Below are positions 11,601 through 26,600 of a stretch of 45,408 nt of DNA, in pieces (position 1 is the first letter of the stretch; each line of letters opens with the position of its first letter). Made by a program: the position numbers and the translations under genes. Below the pieces are notes generated by a model, which did no database searches, was not told the origin of the DNA, and was given only the letters and a program-made list of their open reading frames with translations. Source of the DNA: Phoronis australis. Taxonomy: Eukaryota > Animalia > Phoronida. The stretch spans positions 1 to 45,408 of the forward strand of contig NMRA01001162.1 in NCBI GenBank assembly GCA_002633005.1, in the 5' to 3' direction.

Positions 11601-14600
11601 TTTTTACTGCTTTAAACAACTATTTAGGGTTTCCCAAAAGACAGTATTACGAGGCTTCATAATTCTCAAAAGGAGGCTGTGCATTTGTTATAGCAATATT
11701 GTTACGAAGATAATATTTAAATGCTATGTTGGTGTAAGTGTAGTTTGGTACCAAATGCACACTAATCAATAAAATATTGACACCTGGGATTTTGTTTTCA
11801 CACTTGTTTAGGAGATGCATTATTCAGTGACATTATTCAGAGAAAAAGGAGTTGAGGCTGGCAGACATACGGCGTGCAGCCGGGAACTACCGAAGTGTTA
11901 TGGAAGCTGGTACCTTAGAGATGTTGAAACTCATATTATATCAAGCCACTGTAGAAGCTAGTCTTATGTATGACTAATGTAGTATTGCTGATAAGTTGTT
12001 GCTGTTATATAGATAGGAATTTCTGCCAGGCAGCAAAGGTCGAATGTATACCTATCGCAAAATTGTTTGGCAGTTGCTCAGCACATCAAGCACATGACAC
12101 AGGATACATATACATCTTGACGCTGGCAAGATGAAGCTGCTGTCTCTCTTCAAAAAATTACCCGGTTGTGCGGAGTTCGAACTCTGCAATAGGTCCAAGT
12201 GTTTGAAGTTCTGCGCGATTTGTACATTTTAGCGCAAGCTGCACGCAATCTGATTAAGTATTGAGAACGAATAGTAATCTGTTCCGAAAGTCGATTCTGA
12301 GACAAAATCAAGAGTGATGATATCTAAATTAAAAAAATTGACATACTAGTTTTTTATTGCCAGTTGACTGGGCTGTAGGTGACGGCATTAACATGTACAT
12401 TTGATTTTATACCAAGTTAAATGATATCCCAAACTGAGAGAAGTTTATTTATTTTATTAATTCATTCAATTTAATGTTTGCAATGAGGGTAGCCACATCA
12501 GTTCACACTGCTTTCCATGGGGGCTCTCAGTAAAAACAAACATAGAATAAGACAAACTAACAGAATTACAAAATGAAAGACAATATTTAAATAATAAGCA
12601 AAGAATAAGAAATTAACACGGAAAGACCGATGAAACAGAATAAAAAATAAAAAATGATAAATAGAAGAAAAAGAAAGTAAGACAAGATAATTAACTAAAT
12701 TATAAATATAAATAATTAAAAACAGAAATAAATAATAAAAGTAAGACATCATGTAAATATACACGCGTGTATACACATGCACTCATACACACATACATTA
12801 ACACATACATACATACATAAACATACATACATTCATACATATATAAAACAAACATACACATGAATGCACAAGTACACACACACATACAAATATGTACACA
12901 TGAATAAAATAGTCTGATATGGTGATACTGAATGTAAATTTGCTACACAGAACACATATACATGAAGTTAAATCGATTTCTTATAATTCTTTCAAAGGTT
13001 ATAAAAGATGATGCAGATTTGGCATCTGCAGGGAGAGCGTTCCTTAAATAGGACCCGCTGTGAGAAAATGATTTTCCCAGTTTCGTTTATGGGTTTAGGA
13101 AGATTGAGATTTGATGATAATGAGGACCTAATGTTGTAGAGATTAGTAGTCATCTTAAACTTAGCACTTATGTTGGGACAAGACGTTTAAAACTTTTGTA
13201 CATACAACAAGCATATAGGAATTGATGCCTTGTGTGAATTTTCAATTTTCCAGTCTCCGTATGGAAGTTTTCAAAGTTAATATCTCTAACACCAGCTCCC
13301 AGAATAGTCCGGGCAGCCCTATTTTGGATAAGCTGGATGGTTTTCAAATCCTTGTCTGATGCAACGTCCCACACCGGAAGGCAACAATCTAAATGAGGTT
13401 GAATGGTAGCATTCAAAAGGGTTTTCAGTGTTGCTGTGTTCACAATTTTACTGATGCGTTTCAATACACCAATTTCCTTGGACACCTTTTTCGAGATATA
13501 ATCAACGTGGTGAGAGAATTTAAGGTATTCATCAAATATTAGTCCCAGATATTTAAAAGAATTCACGTTCTCAATTGGTCTTCCATCCATACTTTATGAC
13601 AGGGTTTGGTTTCTAAATCTTTGGGACGTGCCAAATCGAAGAGTTTTAGTTTTTGACACATTTAAGGATAATTTATTGGATACAAGCCAATCTGAAATAA
13701 TTGCTAAATCACAGTTGAGATTGGTGTGAATTTCAGATGAGGTGCTGCCAGCAGACAGTATTGTAGTGTCATCTGCATACAGAACAATCTTAGAATTTTG
13801 AATTACTTAGGAGAGATCTTTGACAAAGATGCAAAATAGCAAGGGCCCCAGTATTGACCCCTGGGGAACACCAGTTTTAACAGATTTGAGATCAGTGGCA
13901 TATTTTCGGACACGGGTAGCTTGAGTTCTGTTACCAAGATAATTCTGAAACCACTTGGCTTCGACATCGGCGACCCCATAGGCTTTAAGCTTCTTTAACA
14001 AGAGAGTGTGGTCGTGGGTGTCAAATGCCTTCTTAAGATCAATTAAAACAGCACCCGTCAATAATCCTTGATTCATATTTGTATGAATATGATCAGTGAC
14101 ATTAATGTTGAATGGAGTAGTCGGAAACCAGATTAGGCATCAGTCAAGAGGTTGTTCGTTTGAAAGGAAGAATGAAGTTGTTTGTGTACCCATTTTTCAA
14201 GGATTTGTGGCATAGGTGGCAGAATTGGAATGGATCTGTAATTTGCCACCGTCTTTGAAAAGTGGAGTAACAACGGCCGATTGCCAATTTGATGGTATGG
14301 TTGATGTTTTAAATGATAAATTGATCAGTGAAGTAATGGGCTGAGATATTGTCTTAGCAGATATTTTTAGGATTTTAGTACTTATGCCACCTATTCCAGT
14401 AACAGAATTGCCATCCATTGATTTGAGTTGCTGGAAAACAAACTTAGCGTCATGGAATTTAAAGGTTATCTTTTCGCTGACCGGGGTTGGAAATAAATGA
14501 GTGGTGTTTCCAAATTTTCGGGGTAGGTTATGGCCAATATTCGTGAAAAAATCGTTAAAGGTATTAGCCATGACTGCGTTATCAGATGTCATGCCATCAT

Positions 14601-17600
14601 CCGTAATCAGTTCAGCGATTTTAGTATTCGATTTCCCTGGCGAACCAGACTTCATAATTTTCCATAAGGATTTACCATCCGATTTGTTGTCATTATTTAA
14701 TTATTATAATAATCTGCCTTGGCCTGTTTTGTTACCTTATTTGTTAGATTATGCGCTGTTTTGAATTTGTTCCAGTCACAAGTATTACGCGAACGTTGAG
14801 CAATACGTTTAAGACAATCGCGTCTGTGAGACAGTAAAATTAGCTCTTCGTTGTAACAAAGGGGCGATATACCCTTGATTCTCACCTTGATAATAGGTGC
14901 ATGTTTATCCAAAACACTTCAGAAAGTTTTCTTAAATTCTGTCCTCATAGCCTCAGGATCACCACTTGATGCTAACGCCACCCAGTCAATGTTATATAGC
15001 GCGTTAACAAAATCAGAACTATCAAAGTTACGGTAGTGGCGGGTAGTTATTATCCGAGGGGTGTTTCGGACGTATAAATTTGTAACTTGTGTATATCAGG
15101 TTGTGATTCCACGAGAGTTTACCTTGTTAACATTAGACACAAGAATTAAATCTAAACAAGTTGATGTTTTGTCAGTTGCTCTGGTTGGCATGTCTATAAC
15201 ATTTTGTTAACGAAGCATAAGCTCCCAAAATTTAATCTTTGTACTAGGTTTTTGGAGAGTGCATCTAAGTTAAAATCACCAGTAATAACAAAGTCACTGG
15301 CTTTGCAGTTTTGATTGCCAAAAATATTTTTAAAATGACCTGTTAGCGTTTCCAGGTGATCCGCATTGGACGATGGTGGTCTATAAACCGCACCAATGAC
15401 AAAGCTCTTTGATTTAGGGATCAACCCGATCTAGGAGGGAAAGGATGTTTAAGTGAGCAATACGAAGACCCTTAGCGACCTTTAATGAAGACAACTCGGG
15501 ATCGCATAGTTCTTTTTCTGAAATGTCCATTGAGGCCCTGGTAGAATCTTTGTCCGTATCTCTGAGGTACATATTCTCGTGGTTTCGGAATAAGCAGTCA
15601 TCAGAGTCAAAAGTACTTGACAATGCACTTTCACGTTGGTATACGACTGCTGTTGTATCATCATGTAGAGCCCAAATGCTTTTCAGTCATTGCTTGATCC
15701 GGAGTTTTCATCATATCATTGTTAAGGCTTTCAGCTAAGTTGTCCATTATATAGGAAGATGACTGTACAGAGGGGAGGCTGCATTGAATAGACTCACGCT
15801 GATTGTCCGCCAAGTGACGTCACAGCGCGATTTCAGTGGGTTTTCTTGAGGCAACGAAAAGGTGGTCAAAATCAAGAGCGTGAGAAGATAGGTCGTATCA
15901 AATGTTACCATAGTTTTTAAGAGTCATACGCAGCATGTAGATACAAAAATCGGTGTAATCAAGCTTCTGATCATCATGAATTATCGCAAATTACCAACAA
16001 CGACTCACAGCATCGAACGCGGCCGTGTTTAAACATAGCCTCCATTTTGAATTCCCACTTGTCTCATACTCATTCCAACATTAACAACTAAATTGTATGC
16101 TTGTTTAACAGTTTGAACGTTTCCCGACAATGCTGTACACAACAGTGCTGTCGCTAAGCCGATCTGTTGCTAAGGAGCATTGAACCCAAACGTTTGTACA
16201 ACATTGACAATGAACTCTTCCTAGACTGAAAACATCATTTTTCTCATCATAGATGGCATGGCAGAAAACACACAAAGTTGGCTGTGGTTATAAGTATTGC
16301 AAGAAAGCTTATGGAGGCTACGACAGCGACACAAAAACATTTAGCAGAGAAATTGCCAACCAGTTCTTCTTCGTGTGTAACTATTACCCCTCTGTACGTG
16401 ATCCCGACAGGTAGGTTTCTTTTGACATAATCTTTGTCACGTTATCAAAACAAACGGTCGTAATAGGCTGTTGCAGTGGACCACACCATCGCAATGACGA
16501 ACGGTGGCCAAATGCAGAGAAATATGTCACGTGGTGAGAGGATTCATTAATTAAACGATAAAGTTGAAGTTTGAGTTGGTGACAGTTTGAATTTTGTTAG
16601 CGAATACCAAAACGGTAGATACACTGTATTTGAAACCCAGTGGAAACTGGGCTGCAATATTTGTATCAATTCTCACCAAAAAGAGTCTGTTCCAAAATTG
16701 TAGAGTTCAGTCACTGGAATGCCAACTGCGACACGTGACCTACGTATACATGTCCTCTCTTATTAAACCTTGCAACCCCGAGAGTAGCTGCGAGGGCTTG
16801 CAGTGATATTTACCCGCTGCGTGTTTGACTGATTTTGTGCAGTTATCAATTCAAGCCTAATTTCATTGCTTTATTTTCATTTTAATTGTTATTGCAGTTT
16901 ATTAAGCGAGATTCACCTGAGATACAATTCTATACAAGCGGCGATTTCTTGGCAAAGTTAATCCACAAACCCGACAGTTATCGTGCCATTTGTTCATTTT
17001 TTATCAGCACCGACCTGTACCCCTGGGTCGATCCCGGAGAAGCCTCTTATATTTTTGCAATTCCAGTCGTAGAACCACTTTCAACAACCTATCGTGCTAC
17101 ATGCCTGGAGTGTTTCGACATCACATTTTTGGGTGATAAAGTCATGCTATACTATTTCACTTAAAGAAGTTACATTTGGCCTAAATGATAGGTTTAGTGT
17201 TTACGTAACTTTCCCGAAATGACTCAAAAGTGCTTAAGTAGGTCTGTGTGTGTGCCATCGTGCGGGCGTCAGTTTGTGTGTGTGTTATTGTTTTCAATTG
17301 TTTCTATCATAACAAGAACAACCCTCCTTCACACGAAAAGAGCCTATCTAGAGCTACAAAAAGGCAAACTGGACGAAGTTTAATAAACTGAAAGACACAC
17401 TCTGCAGAGAAACCACCGGTGATTCAAAGCAAGACGTCCACATCAATGTCAGGCGGACATCTAACTGCATACTCCAAACAGCACGCCAGAGCATTCCAGG
17501 GGGAAGATGGAGAGACTACAAACCATACTGGAGTGCCCATCTGCAAAATCTCCATGATCTATTAACGTCAACCTGAGAGCAACTTGAAAAAGACCCAACC

Positions 17601-20600
17601 CGAAAAACACAGCAATCTATAACAAAGCAAGAGCTGCATCTAATCAGGAAAAGACATTAGAATTCTGCAAGTCCTGGCACGAGAAGACCAGCTCTCTATA
17701 AACATCGAGAAAGGCACAGAGAAACTCTGGTAGCTCACAAAGTCCCTAAACGACGACCACCAGTGTACTTCAACAGCACCGCTTCTAAAAGGAGACTGAC
17801 AGGCTTACACTGGGAGAAGTTTCACATCCCTGCTTTCTGGGAATTTTAGAAATGACAGCCTCCTGGACATACAGAAATCCGAACAAAGAAGATGGAGTAA
17901 CTAAAGAAGAAGCAAGAAGAACAAAGTGCCATGTAAAAACTAAACAGTTCCATGAGACAGCTTAAGACCAAGAAGGCACCCGGAAATGACGACATCAGCC
18001 ATGTTATAATTCAGCACCTTGATAGTCACACGAAACATAAGCTTTTGGACATTTACAACCTGTCTTGGAGCATGGGGGTTTTTCTAGTAAGCTGGAAGAA
18101 AGCCATAATCATTCCAATCCTGAAGAAGGGGATGGACAAGTGGAGCAAAAGCAGCTATTGGAACGTCAGCCTTCACAGCTGCTCAAGCAAACTCACGAAA
18201 CACATGGTCAACAAAAGCCTGCAATATCACCTAGAAAAGAACAAGCTAATAAACCTCACCCAGTCAGGGTTCAGAATGAACAGAAGCACAGAGGACCAGA
18301 TCACATTGCTCACACAAGGCATAAACAATGATTTTCATCAGAAAATGAAGACACTAGCAGTCTTTGTGGACCAAACTAAAGCCTTCGTCAAGGTCTGGAA
18401 GGAAGGCTCGCTTCTTCAAAAGTATTTGGCAAAATGTATGCGTGGATTAACAGTTACCTCTTTCAATGATGTGGAGCAGACGACGCACCCATCGTCCTAC
18501 GGAGAAGTGAATACCCTCATACGAAGTCACTTTAGAAATCCCTGGATGGAACGCCTACGTCTGGGGATTAAAGAAGACTATATCTACCAGCTTGACCGCC
18601 AAGAACAAGTCACTATCTTCAGGCTAAGACCTGCCCACTGCCACTTGCTCTCCTACATGCATCGCCTGAAAATCTCTCACACATTCGAGTGGCCTGTGGC
18701 ACTGGCCCCTAGACACCTTAGCATTTACTCCAGAGCTGCCTTACGTTTGATATCCTAAGGTGCCAGACATGGACGTCCGATGGAAGTCAAAGTAAAACTG
18801 TGTGACCGACAGGATCATTGCGACGAACCGCAGACTTTGCCCAGAAGACCAGACTGGCCCTCCTAAGGTACGTGGCCGGGAACGCAGAAGAAGAAAAAGA
18901 AGAAGAAGCCATCCAGCCAGCAGTTTGAAGATAATGGTCAAAATACCATTAGGTGTGCCACTGTGTGTTGAACTCCGTCAGACCCCGAAATCTCACAAAA
19001 CGTGTAGTTCTGCAAGTTTCCTCGTCGTAAAACTTGTATCAATAAATTACGTATACATGTACAGCTAACGACCGACGGGGCTGCATGCAAAACACGTGGG
19101 AGTTCAACCGACATTCACCTTGCCCTGGTATTCCAGCTGTTTAAGTGAAAAACATATATTATACGGCATTAACTCCGTCTTTTGTAACAAAGAGAACTCT
19201 GTCGCTGTTTTGAAAACAGTACGCTCTTGACACGAGCCCTCGCCCAATGAGCTAAACAAAGCTCATTATGAGCATCTTTCTGAAGTTTATGACAGCTTTG
19301 CAGAAGCAAAGGTTTGTTGGTATTAAAATACTAGAAACTTGTTACGAATTGAAAGCAGTTGCTATCATTTGTTGTGACGAGTGTGCAAGAGTTGGTTATA
19401 TTTACAGTGAATCAACATCCGTAGATATTTTACGACATAACTTTTTCTCAGTGCATGGCGATTCGTTTTTTCATTTTTGCAGACATTGTAAAACTTATCT
19501 AATGTGTTGATTTCATAATTTTTAAGCATGGCATCCGACATGTTATGTTATTATAAAAATCATGGCAAGTGCACGTATTCAACATATTTATTTCCATTCC
19601 AGCCACCATCGCCCGAGCTCGAGACCATATGGCCCGGGTTTGTATCATTTTGTTAGCGTGTTAGCAATTTCACCTAGGTCATTTCACCTTGGCAACAACA
19701 GACTCTTGACGTGATGTTGAGATATGTGCACAGCTGCTATAACATATTTAGCTCTTGAAAGATTTGAAAAGGTCTAGCTTCCTATTTTTGTGAGCAACAG
19801 AAAACAATTGACGTGCCCAAACCGACCTCTTCTTCTGAATCATAGATCCTAGATATACAATAACGATAAGAAGAAGGCAGCGACCATCTTAGTCTTGGCA
19901 CGCATTGTTACAAGTTGAGTGAAAAAGTAAACATTTAAGAAAAAGTGCAACTAATGACCCAATTAGAGCACCAAATGTCCTCAATTAAGGGATTGATATG
20001 TGATCATAGATAATTATCATTAATTTCGAGATTGTGTTTATACGTAGCTCAATATTAAGGTTTGTCTCTCACTAGACAATTAATACCTTAATGTGTAAAC
20101 TGGCACATTGCCTGCGCCAGTGCACAGAAGTTTTAAAATGTATGTTCAAACATGTGCGAGAAAAATATTTGGAAAACAAAAAACCCTTGTACTAGCCTGA
20201 TCGTTTCCGGTGTATTGCGAGTCATATAGAGAAGTGAATTACATTCAAGGATTTCCATAGAGCTCAGAATCACAACTGTCTAGCTCACAATATAGATGAG
20301 TCGAAATTCTACTTGATGACCTGATAAACGCACATAATGATCCTACCATATGGAATTGAACATTACTTTATTGTGCAAATCGTTGGCATCAAGCATAAGC
20401 TAAAATATTATGATTGCACCGCCCGACCTTCGAACTATTTACCCTTTTCACTGAAGTTAAAGGAGAAAGCCACCCGATTTAATTAGTCTTTTTTGCGTCT
20501 TAATCGGTCTATATCCACATCGCCTCGCATACGGTCGACCTTAACTTGCCAAGAGGTGTCGCGTTAACCTGTGAGGAAGGTGAGAAACGACGCTAGCGAC

Positions 20601-23600
20601 GTCAGTGGTTCATATGCAGAGTGAATGTCGCTATGTTGCGGTGCATCGTTCCCGCTTGTCCGAACTAAGCAGCTGCGAGGAAAGCAGTTATATCGTTTTC
20701 TTACTTCCTCGAAAGTCCGAAATGCTTAGGAAGTGGCACATGGTAGTGAAGAATGAAATGTACGCTGTAAATAGCAATTATGAGGCCGTGAAACATCTCC
20801 GTGTCTGTGGCGTGCAGACGTCGACAGTGCCTGACGAATGCAGGCTTATCAAATAACTCCATGCGTTCTGTTGTCTGAGCTTGTTAGCGGCGCCTCTCTA
20901 GTATTTCTTCATTACTGCATTCCTGTTCGAATTGATAGCCTGTAAAACTTAACGATCCACCTGCAGAGTCGGGACTGATGAGCTGTAGCTCGTCCTAAGT
21001 CGGGATTGCGAATTGCCATGTTGACTTTTATTACTGAGCGTTCTGTTTCAAAATGAATTATTCGTACCCTAACCAATAATTATATAAAACTGAAACAAAG
21101 TCTGTCTCATTAGATGTAATTTGTAACGCCTTTGGAGTGTTCGTGAGTGCAAATGATTTGAGAAGCCAGCAATGAATAAATCACTGCGTTACCGGCTTTA
21201 GGTGCAATAAAACTATTTGACGGGACACCGAGGCAGTGTGAGCTCATGCTAATTTAGTGTTTTCTGGCAGAAACTGTTGTGAAACAACTCGCTTTCCATC
21301 CCACAACCAGGTGTTAAGGGAATCTTTATTTCCTTTTACATTACTCAAATAATGATTGTCAATGTACAACTTCTGCAATGACGGTGGTGTGGCCAAAGCG
21401 GAACCTGAATTCGCGGCCCCCGACGAGTAAGTAGATTTGCAGTTTCGTGGCTAATTCACCAACATAATCAGGTGCACATTACTTTGGCTCACTAGTATAG
21501 TATTTTCTTGACTGGAAGTTTAGTTTCCACTGAACTTTGGATGGTTTATGTTCGTTATGTCAGATCAATTTCCGAGCCACTGGCCCGCTCGGGATAACGA
21601 GTCAATCCGACCGGCTGCGACGGGCCTGATCGGGCTCCGAGGTGCTGGCCAGGATAACGAGCGTTTTGTGTTTAGAAATAAAAAATCACAAGTCTAAACA
21701 ACACAGATCTAGGTTCTCCTGTCTGTATTTCACGGAAAATACTTCGAAATTATCTCCAAACAGGCCCCAAACTCCTGCTACGGACCTTATTGGCGTGCCG
21801 AAATTTGTAGGCTACGGTGTGTCCAAATACAAATAAATCCGTAAGAGCGAAATAAAACAACACGTTTTTATAAGAACTCGGTGTATTTTTAAGGGCTTTG
21901 CTTAGAAGTTTGATGATTTATTGATGTTAAACGATGACTTCAAGCGATAAGCTGACACCAGTAACCCGTGTTGTGAACTGCTGAACAAACTGCATGTGAA
22001 ACCGACGACGTCATTGGATAATTTCAACACCTCCGTCTGCCGTCAGGTGTCAGGTAACGCAACCGCACGTGTCGTTATGGAGTAGAACTACTCGATCTAA
22101 AGTGATACAAAGTAGGTTGTTTTTTGGGTGGCATGCTCCTTTAATAATGTATTTGGGCAAAGCTGAAATAAAATACATTTTAAAGAATAGAATACCCCTG
22201 CACCAGTTAACAATTTCCGGTGCAGCATGTGCCTTAGTAGTACAAAGATATGAATTACATTGGAGATGTGGATATTTCTGAAAGTCACAAAGGTATGACT
22301 GTCGCCACACAACATTACGAGCTGGAGGAAAAAGGAAAAAAATTCCGAATAATCTTCCTAATGACCCCATGAATGCCCCATGTTGAGTGCACAGAGACCA
22401 GTGGCCGATTGCATGAAACTGTTAGAACAGGAACTGAAACATAATCCCTAAATTTCTGGTGCATTTGTTGATCTTGTTCACACACTGATGTTAATCTTTC
22501 CAGCACGTTCTTTTGTTGTGATTATAATGTAAATAATCGGGGACCTTTTCATGCAATGCCATTAGTCTAAGGAATTGGTTCCAATCCTATTAATTTTCAA
22601 TAATATTAAGAGTTCAACATGTAGCTTACATCCAACATGTTCCAAAGCTAAAACTTGGCGTGGCAGTTAAGATAAAATATCATAAGGCCAATCGGTGTTA
22701 GGATGAGTGGTTGAGCCCCTATTGGGATTGTTGAATACACCCGGCCAACGATAGACGGAACAAATTCCAACAATGGCCTCAGCAGGCATACTGTTGCAGG
22801 TTAGACCTTAAAGTTTAAATGGGTTCAGCTCAGGATCCGCCTCAAGAGGTTAAAAGACTGGCTTGCTTTTTTCGCAATGTTGTGGATATGAAAAAACCTG
22901 GACATTATGGGGACTGGTTGTAAGGAGCTTAACAAATTGCCCTGCTAAAGTCTAATACTGTGAGATGACATTCTCCACATAGGTCTGTTCACCAGTGGAG
23001 GTTGTCAAGTTCGGTAGTAAAATCAACCACCTGTCTGTCTTAGGACTTACTGTCCCAAATATCATAATGATTGGCACAAAATATCTCAGTGAATCAGTTT
23101 GGCTCATAACGGAGCGAGAAGTGATATTTTCCGTAATTTTGCAGACCCTTGAGCGGGCTTGTGAAATACGTCCTCATTTACAGATTGCCTGACGACTCCA
23201 GGTGAGGAAGAATGCAACAAGAGAGGCACGTACAACTTCCAAACATGCGAGTGCACGTGCGAGGTCGGCTTCTCTGGCAAGTGGTGCGAGTTCAAAGGTG
23301 AGTCAGGAGATGCTAATTTTTGGCTTTGATTCACACTCCTAAAGCTTGCAAGGTTGCTAGCCAACAAATATCGGTGAGGTGTAACAGTTGCTTTTGAAAG
23401 TTTCGAGGCAGAAGTTGTGTTTCGGACAAATACTGCTACTATTGGGGCAATTACGGTATAGCCTTGTTCCACCTTCAAGCATGCAAACCGAAAATACAGC
23501 CAAGTTCCTGGCATTACTGGCCTTATTTAAGAAGTCTTGAAAGTTAACTTACCCAATAGTTGTCGTTATTTTGCTGTTTAAAGTTGAATTTCGCCTGCTT

Positions 23601-26600
23601 AAACTGGCTAATACGAAAATCGAGTTAAGACTTATTTTCATAAAATCGAAATCAAAATATTCTTAATATTCTGTCTGTACTTCGGGAGCAAGTTTTCTGT
23701 TATACAGAATTTGTTGAATGCACGACACTTTTCATTGTTCACGGTCTTTATTCCGTTGCGTTCATACTTTCTGAACAAAACTCTACTCTCTACTGAACAT
23801 AGATACAGTAACTGACCTAGCGACATAATTAAAAGACACACGATATTTCGAAACATACTTGTTTCATTCTCAAGTATGAACGCAACGGAATAAAGACCGT
23901 GAACAATGAAAAGTGTCGTGCATTCAACAAATTCAATATTCTGTCTATATATGTTTATTCAATTACGAGTCAAAAACAATGTCAGCGGTGTCTCTTTGAT
24001 ATCAAAATTTGAACTGTACATTAGTGTATACTGGAGTACTGGTTAAAATATACTTCAAAAACGCGCGAGATGTTTAACAAAAGTATGTCTCCAAAGTGCC
24101 AACAACGAACCAGTCGACTTTCTCTGAATGCAATCAACCGTGATGAGATCTTTCAAAAACACAAGTGCTTCATCCACGCACAACACACATGCACGCACCC
24201 AGGGTGTGGGGGCTTGGGGGCCCACTCATTTGGCAAAGTGGGCAAAAAGGTCTGCCTCCGAGAAACAAAAAATGTCCGAAAAAAGTAGAAAACGAGACAA
24301 AAGTCCACTGAAAAGCAAGAATTTTGCGAATGCCTAATTCTTAAGTCTGAACGTAGTCCGTTTTTTTAGTAAAAGGCCCACATTAGAACAATTCGAGCCC
24401 CTATTTTTTAGGCTGGGTGTGCGCATATTCGACCAAACATCTTCGCCCTTACTGGTTGATTTTTCATTCACATGCGAGACAGAGTCAGATGTGTCAATTA
24501 CCGGCAATTTTAGGGAAATGAGTCGCATTAATATTCAGTGCAGCGCCACAACACTCCACATGAAGTTGAACAAATGGATTACTTACAATATAATTCCCAT
24601 GATCACTGTCACCTTAAATGTTTATAGTCACTGGACTCACTAACCATTTAAGAGGTTTTTCCGCCGGGAATCAGTGTAATTGTATTGTAAGACAGCAACG
24701 TGGTCTGCATAAAGTTAACTTGTTGCAAATAATTCTGCTGGACACTTGACGTTGTCTATTTTGAAGTTGGCGATGTTTCGTTTGTAGTGATATCGTTTCT
24801 TTTAGCATTCACTATTTGTTCTCCTTGATAACATTGAACACAAGTAGTCTTTAATCAATATATGCAGCTGCTGCTTAACATTCAACTTCGTCGACCTTAT
24901 CGCACCTAACGTAATTCTTCCAATTATTCGTAACAGTTTTTGGGGTTTTCTATGTGGAAGATAACTACTTAACTCATGTCTGCTGCCCCATAGTAGCTGT
25001 GCCATTTTGAATAGCCACGCTTTTCTTTCGTCTTGGTTGCACCTCCCCATTACCACAAAATAGATCTGCCATCTGCTGTTCATACTCAGTTTTCTTATCA
25101 GAGGCGTGCGAAGATTCGATAAAATGCCCTTCATGGGTAGAAGATGCTTGCGATGCGCCGGGCTTTATTGGAGAGCTCGCCAGGGAGCTGTGTGAAAGAA
25201 CTTGCGGGTAAGATATGAATTATTATTAAGTTAATGGGCTAAATGTTACAAATCATCAAATTTCCTTAATATTATTTACCATGTGGTACAATTTCGCCTT
25301 AGACATTGTCATGACAATTGCAAAGTAAATCAACAATCATGCTACAACAGTGTCTTTTAAGGGTGACACCCTAAGCTAGGGCTAAAATGACTGAAAGACA
25401 GTTTTTTTGTCTTACCTTGACTATTGGAGTAATCTTAGTTCATCGAGTGTCACCCCCGAAATCACCTGTTACTCTACTACTGATGGTACCAGTATCCTTT
25501 CAACGCAAAATGTTTTTTGTATTGATGCTGGGTTTGGCGCACAGTTTTGGCAATCGTTCATGTAATGTAATGCATGTGGCGGCCAGACTATTCAACTTTC
25601 TCCGCTTACTGTTACATTGTAGCTACTCATGCAAAATTACGTGGTCAACAATATCATTTCGAGTGTTACAATGTTGCAGTACATCTTATAAATTCACTGT
25701 CTACTCCTCAAAAATGCTAAGTAGAACGAATTGGTCGCAGTAGCCTACGAGACAAAGAAAAATGAAGATACACTGCAGAGACAGTTGGAAATGACAATGC
25801 AAAAGGCCACAATGAGTACAAATCAACCTCTAGCGGGGGCAATCTCGTCTTAGAACTTCAGACAATGTAATATAAGGGTATTTGGTGAGGTTGGAGCAGT
25901 TTGTGGGGGAGATGCGTCATGTATTTCCTCAGATACAGAATAAATTTATGGCGGATCACGTCAGGGAAAAATGCTGAACCAAATTAACTCAGCCAAATAC
26001 TAAGGAATGATGTTTGACAGTACACCTGAAGAATCCCACGTAGACCAAATGTTGAAAATCGTACATAAGTAAAAATTGACAGGTGCAATCCCACCACTAC
26101 ATGTATGTCAGCAACTGTTAAAAAGACTTGTAAATACAAGGTGGAGCGCTTTCTATGGTCATAGTGGCCATGGACAATTCCTGTATGCTGAGATTCTCGA
26201 AGCCTTAGACATCCTATGTGATCCTGACGACAAAAGGTTCTTCTAATGTCTTCTCATAGCTATCAGCGAATCCACCTCTTAGGACGAGGTACTTCGCGAA
26301 GTCAATGGTAACCAAGAGTACATTCAAACCAAAAGCTTAACACTTGACAAAGTCGTTAAAAATCAACCCGTGATAATATTCCCCAACAGTGTTGCTCAAA
26401 ATGACGTTGGACAGGCAACCATGAAAACCCGAGTCTTCAGATATCGGTCTGTCGTTGACAGACCGAAATAAAGGGGAATGTTAGAATGCTTGGACAGATT
26501 AGCAATTCAGTTGAATTCGAAAGCAAAGCCGCAAATGGTGGATTTGTTCGAAATCATCTTAACCACTAATTTGGTCAACTCCGCCGAAGATTGCATTAAG

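Noticed and set aside
12498-12885. Hydrophobic, membrane-protein-like ORFs
   Set aside because: They are translations of the T-rich and TG-microsatellite 3' UTR of the LINE.
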